Below, piece by piece: positions 9,383-18,555 of a stretch of 64,000 bases of DNA. Each line of letters opens with the position of its first letter. Position 1 is the first letter of the stretch. Made by a program: the position numbers and the translations under genes. This DNA comes from a virus. The DNA is taken from the IMG/VR virus record IMGVR_UViG_3300023179_000012; one strand, given 5' to 3'. Below the pieces are notes generated by a model, which had not been told where the DNA came from, made no database searches, and saw nothing but the letters and a program-made list of their open reading frames with translations.

Positions 9383-10472
9383 ATTTATTCCATACGTTGG
9401 TTATGTGGTTAATATCATAGGTCTTAAGCTTGTCTTTTGCTTTTATGTGTCTTGCTTTTTTATGTATTCTATCTTCAAACATTGCTGATTTCATAGCATA
9501 AATTAAACTTATTTTTGTTGGAATTAACCACTTATCAAATACAGTATTATAAAAATCATATGTTTTATTATCGTCTTCGCAATTTACTAATTCTGAATCT
9601 ATAACAAAGTTATCAGTATTAGCAATAATTTCTGATTGAGCACTATCTGATATCGTTATAACACTACTATTAAATGCTAACCCTTGCAATGTTGAATAAC
9701 CAAATCTTTTGCCCGAACCTAGATCTATTAAACAGTCGTTATTTCTATGTAGATAATTCATGGCTTCATTACCAACCTCACCAACAATAATCTTTGGTTT
9801 AGCGCTGTATGACATAAGAGTATTATCTATTTTATCTAATTCGTACTCTATCACCTGATATAAATCCTCGTTTTCGTTGCAGTAATTTTTTGTTTTTATA
9901 ATTAGATCAGCATCAGTATCATTACAGGCTATTCTGAAACACTCTACAATTTTTTTAATATTGCTTCTATCAACAAAATCGGCAACAACATAGAATTTAA
10001 AATTATCAGATCTTTTTTCTAAACTGTATTTTTCTAAATTATGATTAATACTTTCAATATCTATTGGAACAGGAATAATTGATACTTTATCATGAAAATG
10101 ACCTAGACAATCTTTCACATATTTTGATGGTGCGATCATTTTATCAGGAGTATCAAGAAAATTGCATATAGAATTGTGAGGGGTTTTACTTTCAATAATA
10201 GGTATTCCAATATGCTGATCAAACCTTCTATCAAAACAAAAATGATGAGGATAGCAGTGTTGAATAATAGTGTGATATTTTTCTTGATTATTATTTTCCA
10301 AAGGCAATATATCTTTTTCCATTTCAGATTCTGGAAACGATTTTAATATATTGTATATCGGTTTTATAGTAAGATTATGTTTAGATCTTACTAAGGATCG
10401 GATATAGTTTCTTGCTATATTACCTTCTGAACTAAATTCTCTATACGGTCCAATATAAAGTATATTACTCAT
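9372..10472 (-). CDS. GT4-fold protein with degenerate E-x7-E motif
   Basis: NILYIGPY, KMIAPSKYVK, IIPVPID; KRFGYSTLQGLA in place of EGFGxxxLEA. Confidence 0.65.
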   Translation of the reverse strand: MSNILYIGPYREFSSEGNIARNYIRSLVRSKHNLTIKPIYNILKSFPESEMEKDILPLENNNQEKYHTIIQHCYPHHFCFDRRFDQHIGIPIIESKTPHNSICNFLDTPDKMIAPSKYVKDCLGHFHDKVSIIPVPIDIESINHNLEKYSLEKRSDNFKFYVVADFVDRSNIKKIVECFRIACNDTDADLIIKTKNYCNENEDLYQVIEYELDKIDNTLMSYSAKPKIIVGEVGNEAMNYLHRNNDCLIDLGSGKRFGYSTLQGLAFNSSVITISDSAQSEIIANTDNFVIDSELVNCEDDNKTYDFYNTVFDKWLIPTKISLIYAMKSAMFEDRIHKKARHIKAKDKLKTYDINHITNVWNKYDL

Positions 10473-12063
10473 TTAAAAAATCGAATTCTGATAATGATAC
10501 TTCGCCGGATCTAAGTTTCTCACAATATATTTTATTATTTAATATAACTTCTAAATTTTTGACAATTTCAGATCTAGTAGCTTTCATTATTTCGTTATCA
10601 TTAGCCACAAGTTTTTCGTCTAGAGATCTAACTAAAGACTGAACTAAATACGAATTTTTTAATTCTGGCCACAGCAATAATTGATCTATAATGAAGTAAA
10701 CAAAATCTCTATTAGATAGTTTATCTGGAACACCAATCGATGGATCTGTTAATAGGGGTTGATCCCACCTATTCTTTGGTTCTATAGCGTCGAATACTTC
10801 CATTAATTTATGTGCGGTTTTATCCCAACTATAATTTTCAACAAGTAATTTTCTAGTTTCTCTAGACTTATTTTTACGTTCCTGATCAGACATTTCCATC
10901 CAAGATATGATCTTAGATATTAAATCATCGTTAAAAGGAACGGCTCTGTCGGCTTGAGTTTCTAATTCTCTCAAAAGAATATGATCAAGCTTAACTCCAT
11001 TTAGTTTAGAGGTTAATTCTTCCATACCGCTGTAATTCACAGCAAAAATCGGAATGCCGCAAGATGCTGCTTCTAATTGAGGAATGCCAAGACCCTCGCA
11101 TATAGCATACTGCACATAAATATCAAATATATTATATATTTCTCTTAATTGGTCATTATCAACACCATAAACCACATTTGGAAAAATTATCCTATCAGAA
11201 GGGTCTTCTGGAGAAATAGCCTGAACACCCTTAAATGGTGAAACATAGAATTTTTTCTTGCTTGGTGAATAATAAGTAAATAACACATTATTATAGACAC
11301 CATATTCTTGTAGTAGTTCTGGCAGATTCCATCCTTGCGCTTCTGGATAGGAAGTATGCAAATATAAAAATATTTTTTGATTACCGGTTTGATCTATTAA
11401 TTCTTTTAGAGATAGAAATAATTCTGCAATTAATTTGCGTTTTTGATTTCTCATAACAGAACCTATAACAAAAGATTCTGTTGGAACACCGTATTTTGCC
11501 TTTTGTAATCTTTTTGTCCAATTTACGGGATAGAACACATTGGGGTCAACAGAGTCGCTAACAGTACCCTGTAGATTAATTTTTCTGTTTTGTGATTTTA
11601 GATATTCACCCGCCCAATCGGTGTGAGTTAATACAACATCAGCGTTTTCAAATGTCGTTAACCATTCTGGTTTTTGAGGAATCGAATCTATTGTTGGTGC
11701 TATGACCCAATCAAAATATGGTCTGAATGGAGAAACTTCTTGGTAAGAAAACATCCAGTAGTCTCTAATGTCAAAAACAATGTCTGGTTTAAAATGAGCA
11801 ACAACCTTTTCAAACCTCCATTGCCCAAACTGATTTATTGGATTGCTTTTATATATTTGAGCATCTTTATGGTTATCTGGAACCTCATTTGGATATATTT
11901 TCCATGGAACATCGTCTTGTCTTTGCCTTGCATACGAAGCAAATTCGGCAATTTCATAATCCGGTCTTTTACTTAGTCGCTTAAGAATTTCCGCAGTATA
12001 TCTGCCGAACCCCGAATTAATAGAGTGTGACTCGGCACACATTAGTATTCTTTTTTTTCTCAT
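10465..12063 (-). CDS. Glycosyltransferase family 4
   Basis: SGFGRY; RNQKRK; EGLGIPQLEAASCGIP. Start reassigned to ATG at 12063. Confidence 0.85.
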   Translation of the reverse strand: MRKKRILMCAESHSINSGFGRYTAEILKRLSKRPDYEIAEFASYARQRQDDVPWKIYPNEVPDNHKDAQIYKSNPINQFGQWRFEKVVAHFKPDIVFDIRDYWMFSYQEVSPFRPYFDWVIAPTIDSIPQKPEWLTTFENADVVLTHTDWAGEYLKSQNRKINLQGTVSDSVDPNVFYPVNWTKRLQKAKYGVPTESFVIGSVMRNQKRKLIAELFLSLKELIDQTGNQKIFLYLHTSYPEAQGWNLPELLQEYGVYNNVLFTYYSPSKKKFYVSPFKGVQAISPEDPSDRIIFPNVVYGVDNDQLREIYNIFDIYVQYAICEGLGIPQLEAASCGIPIFAVNYSGMEELTSKLNGVKLDHILLRELETQADRAVPFNDDLISKIISWMEMSDQERKNKSRETRKLLVENYSWDKTAHKLMEVFDAIEPKNRWDQPLLTDPSIGVPDKLSNRDFVYFIIDQLLLWPELKNSYLVQSLVRSLDEKLVANDNEIMKATRSEIVKNLEVILNNKIYCEKLRSGEVSLSEFDFLNE

Positions 12064-12084
12064 GAGGATTATGCTTTCTTTAAG

Positions 12085-12119
12085 AAATAAACCCAAAGGG
12101 GTTTTTTAGACCCCTTGGG
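12085..12119 (-). terminator. Rho-independent terminator after ssb
   Basis: Minus strand CCCAAGGGG...CCCTTTGGG hairpin followed by TTTATTT. Confidence 0.65.
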
Positions 12120-12132
12120 CTTATGAAATATC

Positions 12133-12498
12133 TCAGAACGCCACAGTTTCTTCTGTGGTGTCCTTCTTCTTTAGCTTGGCAATCTTGGAAAAGTTATTGA
12201 CTCTAACCTTTAGAGTACTATGCTTAACGCCATCCTTTTCCCAGTTGTCATTCCTAACAGAACCTTCGATCATTACTAGATCGCCCTTCTTGAAGGACTC
12301 ACCAATAACTTCCGCACCACTATCCCAAGCCTCGCAAGGAATATAAGACACAATCTTATCCTTTGTGCCGTTGGCTCTTGTAAAATCCTTAGAAACTGCT
12401 ACAGTGAATGAAACAACCGATGTTTGTCTATCACCACTAGTAATAGTTCTTAGTTCTGGATCTCTTGTTAAATTACCCTTTAGTAACACAATATTCAT
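12133..12498 (-). CDS. ssb: Single-stranded DNA-binding protein
   Basis: MNIVLLKGNLTRDPELR...CEAW...KKGDLVMIEGSVRNDNWEKDG; SD AGGAG upstream of ATG 12498. Confidence 0.95.
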   Translation of the reverse strand: MNIVLLKGNLTRDPELRTITSGDRQTSVVSFTVAVSKDFTRANGTKDKIVSYIPCEAWDSGAEVIGESFKKGDLVMIEGSVRNDNWEKDGVKHSTLKVRVNNFSKIAKLKKKDTTEETVAF

Positions 12499-12542
12499 AT
12501 TCAATCTCCTTATTTGCGAAAATATAAAATCAACCATAACGT

Positions 12543-12571
12543 ATTATAACATGGTCATTTGGACTAGTCAA
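12543..12571 (-). promoter_or_regulatory. Sigma70-type promoter (extended -10) upstream of ssb
   Basis: TTGACT-N17-TATAAT with TGn. Confidence 0.8.
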
Positions 12572-12573
12572 GA

Positions 12574-14181
12574 CTAAACCACAAAACATTTTTTAATGAC
12601 TGGGGTCTGATCCTTCGCAGACTTTTGACCATTAAACATTAACACTCTGCCCGGATTCAACATATTTTTAAATTCATCAAACTCTTCTGGAAAAACCACA
12701 CAGTCGGAAGTTCCATAAGAATCGGATATTTTTAGAAAACACATATCTTTACCAGGATTTTTACCCTTTTTAGTTTTGATCACATTCACAGACTCTATTT
12801 CTGCAACAATAAAAAACTGTTTTTTTACAGAAAAATCTTTGATACCTCCACAATCAGTATTAGCATACGAAGCATCATAGGCGTCTGTTTTTGTGCAAGT
12901 AATAGATGCTCCTAATAATTCTCTTTCATTATCGGAAATCCATTCTGGAGTATCCTCTAAAGAATATGCTGGATTGGCAATTTGAGATATGATGCTAGAT
13001 ATCTTTTGTTGTCTAGGCTTACTAATTTTATAATTGGCTAGTAAATCGCTAAATAATTTACTCATATTAGTATATTTATTATTATCTACGAGCATTTTAC
13101 AAAAACCTAGCTCTTTTTCAGTCAGTTCGCTAATCATATTATAATCATACAGCATACGATTTCTACTTAATTTGAAGCAAGACAAAGCACCAGCACTAAT
13201 CAATGCTTTTGCGGCACCACTATTTATTTTAATTAGAATATCTATCAGAAATTGTGACCAAGATAATTTTTCTATATCAACATCTTTAATTAAGTCGTAT
13301 AATTTATCAAAGACTGATTCTCCAACACCTTTAATATTGGTTAGACCAAAGTATATTTTTTTATTGCGAATCTCAAACTCTTTGTTCTTAATAATAATAT
13401 TAGGACCCAAAACATCAATATCCATAGACTTGGCATTAATAATAAGCTCTAAGATTTCTTCTTGTGGCTTAATCTTGTCTTTTGCTAATCTAAGATATGA
13501 TAGAAAGAAGATGGTAGGAAAGTGAGCCTTAGTAAAAGCTGATAAATATGCATTAACAGCATAACTAACGGCGTGACTTTTATTAAAAGAATATCTTTGG
13601 CTTTTTTCTATCCAACCGAAAATTTGTTCAGCCTCGTCTGTATTCACCTTATTAATCTTAGAACATCCTTCCAAAAACTTTGTTTTAATTTTAGCCATCT
13701 CTTCTGGCTTTTTCTTACCAATAGCTTTTCTCAACATATCGGCTTCTTGTAGATTAAATCCTGCTATATCTTTAGCAATTTCCATTGCTTGTTCCTGATA
13801 TACCATTTCTCCATAAGTATTTTTAAGAATTGGTTCTAAGCTACTATTAAAATAGTCTACAGATTCTTGTCCGTTCTTTTTATCTATAAAATGATTACTA
13901 ACGCTTTTGCCATCTCTGATAGCCTCTAAGCATCCTGGTCTCATAATACTAATTAACGCAGAAAGTTGTTCGATATTTTCTGGTTTAAGTTTTTTAGACA
14001 TACTTTGTCCAAGGCGACTTTCTAACTGAAAAACGCCTTTAGTATTACCGTCCGCAAACAAATCCCATGTTTTATTGCATTCTAAATTGATATTATCAAC
14101 ATTAAAAACTATTTTGGAAAGCTTTTGAGTGTTATCAATATCAAACGAACATCCACAATCAAACTTGATCTTGTTGGTCAT
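12574..14181 (-). CDS. dnaE: DNA polymerase III alpha, C-terminal half (fingers, HhH, OB)
   Basis: GNTKGVFQLES, MRPG, VYQEQAM, ADMLRKAIGKKK, YSFNKSHAVSYA, FGLTNIKGVG, OB fold KDMCFLKISDSYG. Confidence 0.93.
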   Translation of the reverse strand: MTNKIKFDCGCSFDIDNTQKLSKIVFNVDNINLECNKTWDLFADGNTKGVFQLESRLGQSMSKKLKPENIEQLSALISIMRPGCLEAIRDGKSVSNHFIDKKNGQESVDYFNSSLEPILKNTYGEMVYQEQAMEIAKDIAGFNLQEADMLRKAIGKKKPEEMAKIKTKFLEGCSKINKVNTDEAEQIFGWIEKSQRYSFNKSHAVSYAVNAYLSAFTKAHFPTIFFLSYLRLAKDKIKPQEEILELIINAKSMDIDVLGPNIIIKNKEFEIRNKKIYFGLTNIKGVGESVFDKLYDLIKDVDIEKLSWSQFLIDILIKINSGAAKALISAGALSCFKLSRNRMLYDYNMISELTEKELGFCKMLVDNNKYTNMSKLFSDLLANYKISKPRQQKISSIISQIANPAYSLEDTPEWISDNERELLGASITCTKTDAYDASYANTDCGGIKDFSVKKQFFIVAEIESVNVIKTKKGKNPGKDMCFLKISDSYGTSDCVVFPEEFDEFKNMLNPGRVLMFNGQKSAKDQTPVIKKCFVV

Positions 14182-14866
14182 TTATAAATGATCCCTTAAA
14201 CTTAATTTTTGTTACCAAATTTCTATGCAATCTTAAAAATCTAATTAATATTCTAGCACAATCTTTAACATCTTTTACAGCGTCGTGTGCTCCTTCTTTA
14301 CTAATTCCTAGATAATCTCTTACACTATCTAATGATAAGCTCTTTAGATCAAAACTTTCAAACCAATAGAAAACAAGATTCATTAAGTCTATTACATCTC
14401 TTGGATAAAAAAGATTTGAAACATCTTCTTTTGGTTCTATGTTTTTGTATTTTTTAGCAAGCCTGTCGATAATTTTAAGGTCGAATCTATTAATATTGTA
14501 TCCGGCCGCTATCGGAGCGCTAAAAATATTTTTCTTCTTGCGTCCAGCACAATGATATTTATCAAGATAAGCTACGAATAAATTCCAAGATATTTCTTGA
14601 GATGGATATTCTTGCCATTGTTTATAAACATCATCTTTTGAACAGCCTTTGACCTTAGCATGAAAGTCTAAAATATCAGTGGTATATTCGTATTTTGCAT
14701 CTTTTTCCATTACTTCTGGCTTTAGATAAACATTAAACTCTGAGCCAGGAATAATTTCTAATTTAATTGGATCCACTATCACAGCAGATAATTGTACTGG
14801 ACTACAAACTGTTGGATCGGACCCGTCCGTTTCAAAATCGAAAACGCAAATTTTTTTACTTAACAT
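14159..14866 (-). CDS. dnaQ: DEDDh 3'-5' exonuclease (DnaQ/epsilon-like)
   Basis: VFDFETDG, AAGYNINRFD, AHDAVKDV. Confidence 0.88.
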   Translation of the reverse strand: MLSKKICVFDFETDGSDPTVCSPVQLSAVIVDPIKLEIIPGSEFNVYLKPEVMEKDAKYEYTTDILDFHAKVKGCSKDDVYKQWQEYPSQEISWNLFVAYLDKYHCAGRKKKNIFSAPIAAGYNINRFDLKIIDRLAKKYKNIEPKEDVSNLFYPRDVIDLMNLVFYWFESFDLKSLSLDSVRDYLGISKEGAHDAVKDVKDCARILIRFLRLHRNLVTKIKFKGSFINDQQDQV

Positions 14867-14871
14867 TAAAT

Positions 14872-15045
14872 TTAACTCAATTTTTCTACATTATCAGCGG
14901 GCTTAAGAACAGCAGTAGCATTAGTGGTTGCTTCTCTGCAATTCTCTTTGACCTTACAGCAACTAATTCTCACTTCTTCGATCTTGACATATTCCTTATT
15001 GTTAAAAGTAAATCTGTCACCAACCGCCAATTCATGAAACCTCAT
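14872..15045 (-). CDS. 57-aa small protein, absent from the supplied track (MRFHELAVGDRF...SCCK...KLS)
   Basis: ATG overlaps the dnaE-N stop (ATGA); open to TAA at 14872; fills the gap exactly. Confidence 0.7.
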   Translation of the reverse strand: MRFHELAVGDRFTFNNKEYVKIEEVRISCCKVKENCREATTNATAVLKPADNVEKLS

Positions 15046-16919
15046 AATGTAACTCCTTCATTTTTTAAATACTCTGATACAAACATAATCTTATCTAACA
15101 TTGCTACTCCAAGAATGTCAAATTTGACTACTCCAACATTTTCTAAGTCTTCCATTTCCATACCAGCAATTTGTGTTTGGGTTTTTGTGTCATAAATCAT
15201 CGGGCAAATATTCGATAAATTTTCACTCGCTATCGCAACACCGGCAGCATGTTTGGATTGATGTACTTTCGTACCCTCTAATCTAATAGCCTGTTCAAAC
15301 CTCTTGGCAAGTGGACCCTGTAATTGTCCAGAATCGTCAATATAGCACCATTCTGCTAACTTGTCTGATTCATTTTCCAAGGCCCATTTAATAATAGACG
15401 CCTCACCTGTTTCGTCTTTCATTTCTTGAAGTTCGTCGGCTATTTTAGCCTCGTCTGGAATATTTTTGGTAATTCTATTCATTTCATCAAAAGATATGTT
15501 GCCGTATACTCTTAATACGTCTTTAATGGCCCCACGACCTTTGATAGTATTAAATGTTATCATTTGTGATACTTGGTTGTGACCATATTTGTCCTTGATA
15601 TACTGAATAATATTTTCTCGTTTATCGATTGGTACGTCAACATCAATATCTGGCATACTTACTCTATCTTTAGTATTACGACCAGAATTATAAAATCTAT
15701 CAAACAGTAGACCATATTTTATAGGATCAATACTGGTAATACCAATCAAATATGATACTAAACAACCAGCCGCACTACCTCGTCCCGGTCCAGGTAGCCA
15801 TTTATTAGACTTAACATAATTCACTATGTCTTGTACTATGAGAAAATAACTGCTTAATCCAGCACCCTGTAAAATATCTAGTTCATATTTTATTCGATCA
15901 ACATAAATTCCATGATTTTCTTTTGGTATAATATTATTAATCTTATCTCTCCAACCATTTCTACATAGTTGCCTCAGAAACTCGTCTGGAGCGATACCAG
16001 CATCAAACGGAGGAAGATTTGGCCTACTAGAAATATCATAGTTTTCACACATATCCGATAGTAGTATCGTATTTTCTATTTCTTCTTCTGGATGCAAACT
16101 ATTAATTTCTTCTTGAGACAGTATATGAAAATTGTCGGATTCAAAAAAACAACTCAATGGTATATCTTGATTGTTTTGTATTTTTCTACTAATTTCTGGA
16201 AATGTAGTTTTTAGATTATTACATAGAAGAATTCTTTGGTCCGAAGCGTCTTCTTTTCTAGTATAATGAGCATCTGGAGTACATATTACTTTTGTATTAG
16301 TGATCTTTGCTAATTCTCTAATAACATCTGTAAGCTCTTTTTGGAGAGGAGTATTATTCATATCCATCAATTGTGCTTCTAGAAAAAAATTATCCTTACC
16401 AAAGATAGTTTTAAGTTGGTTGACAGTATCGGTTCCAACATTTTTCCAATCTGGAATTATCTTATCGTCCTCTATGATTTTATCTGCTAATAATGAACCA
16501 AGATGACCACAGAATCCGATAATATTACCATCAAGGAATCTGGAAAGATTATTCAAATCTAATCTTGGTTTGTGATAGAAAAAATCGGGCCTATTAGATT
16601 CTGAAACTAATCCTATGAGCTTTTTCCATCCTGCCAAGTTTTTTGCAAGGACGATGAAATGACTTAAGGATTTATTTTCTTTGCTTTTTGTGGTAGGATC
16701 TTGATCACACAGATAAATTTCGCAACCAAGTATTGGCTTTACTCCAGCCTTTTTCATCTGTTGATGAAATTTAATAGCTCCTGAAATAGTACCATGATCA
16801 GTTAAAGCACATGCTTTTGCATCTATCTCCAAACATCTTTCGGCCATTTGAACCGGCTTAGAAAGACCATCCAACAAAGAATACATTGAATGACAATGTA
16901 ACGGGTTGTATTTTTTCAT
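15042..16919 (-). CDS. dnaE: DNA polymerase III alpha, N-terminal half (PHP + palm/thumb)
   Basis: LHCHSMYSLLDG, TDHG, GCE, DAHY, GPGRGSAAGCLVSY, SMPDIDVD, KHAAGV, VKFDILG. Confidence 0.95.
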   Translation of the reverse strand: MKKYNPLHCHSMYSLLDGLSKPVQMAERCLEIDAKACALTDHGTISGAIKFHQQMKKAGVKPILGCEIYLCDQDPTTKSKENKSLSHFIVLAKNLAGWKKLIGLVSESNRPDFFYHKPRLDLNNLSRFLDGNIIGFCGHLGSLLADKIIEDDKIIPDWKNVGTDTVNQLKTIFGKDNFFLEAQLMDMNNTPLQKELTDVIRELAKITNTKVICTPDAHYTRKEDASDQRILLCNNLKTTFPEISRKIQNNQDIPLSCFFESDNFHILSQEEINSLHPEEEIENTILLSDMCENYDISSRPNLPPFDAGIAPDEFLRQLCRNGWRDKINNIIPKENHGIYVDRIKYELDILQGAGLSSYFLIVQDIVNYVKSNKWLPGPGRGSAAGCLVSYLIGITSIDPIKYGLLFDRFYNSGRNTKDRVSMPDIDVDVPIDKRENIIQYIKDKYGHNQVSQMITFNTIKGRGAIKDVLRVYGNISFDEMNRITKNIPDEAKIADELQEMKDETGEASIIKWALENESDKLAEWCYIDDSGQLQGPLAKRFEQAIRLEGTKVHQSKHAAGVAIASENLSNICPMIYDTKTQTQIAGMEMEDLENVGVVKFDILGVAMLDKIMFVSEYLKNEGVTL

Positions 16920-17959
16920 TCTACAGATCCGGGTGCCTTATATTTTCCAAAGGAATGGTGCGGGTTTTTATATTGTTTAACAACATCATCAATACCATGA
17001 AGTTCAATATCGTGTTTAATTTGTTCACACTTAGTCATAAAAGTATTTGGAGAACAAACTTGTCCATCTCGATATTCTATTACTGGTAAAATCTTGTTGT
17101 CGTTTTCGAAAGTTGTTTTTCCAAAATGACATAATTTATTACACATCCAGGTTCTATGCAATCTAGGTCTCTTAGTTTTTTTGATAATATCAAACTTTGA
17201 TCTTAACATACTTTCTGTTCTTGATAAATCGCTTTGATCAAAAACTATTGAGAATGGTCCACCGTCGTTAATAAAATAAATAGTAAGGATAACATAGTCA
17301 TAAGATGGAAATAATTTACTTACGGCATAATGATAAATCATTAGCTGAGGATCATCTTGAAGTTTAGCATGTGTTTTTTCTTGACCGGTTCCCCAATCAA
17401 GTCTCCTGCCGGTCTTCCAGTCGATGACCTCTATGGTATTATCATCGACCTCGGTGATCAAGTCAATAGTGCCTTTTAGACCTAATTTTCCTTTTAGTTC
17501 TCCTTCGTCTGTATTATATGAATATTCGGCCCAAGGCTTATCTATAAGAATATCAAAGTGTTGCTCTGGACTTAATATTTTACGATTTCTTGGATCAAAC
17601 ATTCCATTATTAAATTCTATAGCCTTATAACACCATTTCTTGCAGTCCTCAAAATCTTTTTTAGCCCATGCGTGATGAGCAAACTGTTTGGTATAGTAAT
17701 CATATACCTGTTCTATAATTTTATCTAATGAATAACTATTTGTTTTAATAGTGCCAATACAATCATCGTCAAATTGTAACACATTATCTTGTTGACACTT
17801 TTTAATAACTGCTAGTATTTCTAACACTTTGTGTGTTATAGTCCCTTTGTCGGCCTTTTGATTTGATGGTCCTCGCCAACCCAAAACATATTCCAAAAAA
17901 TATTGTTGTTCGCACATATTGTGTGCATTGAAAGAACTGCTTCTAAAATATGTAATTAT
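16916..17959 (-). CDS. PD-(D/E)XK RecB/AddB/Cas4-like nuclease
   Basis: GTIDLI...IDWKTG...QLMIY; Cys at N-terminus and CNKLC at C-terminus. Conserved SSSFN..MC motif lies upstream of the track ATG (17917); probable ATA start at 17959. Confidence 0.8.
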   Translation of the reverse strand: MITYFRSSSFNAHNMCEQQYFLEYVLGWRGPSNQKADKGTITHKVLEILAVIKKCQQDNVLQFDDDCIGTIKTNSYSLDKIIEQVYDYYTKQFAHHAWAKKDFEDCKKWCYKAIEFNNGMFDPRNRKILSPEQHFDILIDKPWAEYSYNTDEGELKGKLGLKGTIDLITEVDDNTIEVIDWKTGRRLDWGTGQEKTHAKLQDDPQLMIYHYAVSKLFPSYDYVILTIYFINDGGPFSIVFDQSDLSRTESMLRSKFDIIKKTKRPRLHRTWMCNKLCHFGKTTFENDNKILPVIEYRDGQVCSPNTFMTKCEQIKHDIELHGIDDVVKQYKNPHHSFGKYKAPGSVE

Positions 17960-18555
17960 AATGGGAATATTCCTTTTTTAAATAGAAACTTGGCAACGGC
18001 AACATTTTGTTCGTCTATAGTCATCCTAGAGTTGGTTAGAATTAAATCGAAATGACTATGGTCATAATTATTAAAATCTAATGCGGTCTCACTTGGATGA
18101 TCTGAGTTAAATGGATTCCTAGTAAGTTTTATAACAAGCCCACCAGCGTTTTTAACCGCCTCGACCTCGTTAGGAAACCTACAATCCGCTATAATAGCTA
18201 AATTTGGTTTCTCTTGATTTATTTTATTTATTGTAGCATCTGCCCAAACATTAGTTTTCATTTTTCTGAAAATATCTGTTCCGACCATTTGCATAACTTC
18301 TCTAGCGGTTAACCTATTACCTTCCCACTCCAAATCTGTTAAAGTGTTTTTATCATCATCAGAACCATAACACTGATCATATGTCATTCCCAAAATATTC
18401 ATACAAATATCTTGTTTTAATGGATCAGCAAAATTGTAAATTTTAGCAACCATTTGAGTTTGTGGTTGTACAACAGTATTCCAAAAATCCATAATAGATT
18501 GTGAACAGGTTGTTTTTCCAGATTGTTTACGACCAGCAAAAGCTATAATTTTCAT
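17956..18555 (-). CDS. Deoxynucleoside monophosphate kinase (T4 gp1-like)
   Basis: AFAGRKQSGKTT, FADPLK, TAREVMQMVGTD, IIADCRFPNE, HPSE. Confidence 0.88.
   Translation of the reverse strand: MKIIAFAGRKQSGKTTCSQSIMDFWNTVVQPQTQMVAKIYNFADPLKQDICMNILGMTYDQCYGSDDDKNTLTDLEWEGNRLTAREVMQMVGTDIFRKMKTNVWADATINKINQEKPNLAIIADCRFPNEVEAVKNAGGLVIKLTRNPFNSDHPSETALDFNNYDHSHFDLILTNSRMTIDEQNVAVAKFLFKKGIFPL

Noticed and set aside
12574-16919. Split intein joining the DnaE halves
   Set aside because: No Cys/Ser-initiated intein N-block after KFDILG and no His-Asn/Cys junction in DnaE-C; YSFNKSH is uninterrupted.
16916-17959. Cas4 / CRISPR system
   Set aside because: No repeat-spacer array or other cas genes seen; replisome context favours a RecB/AddB-type nuclease.
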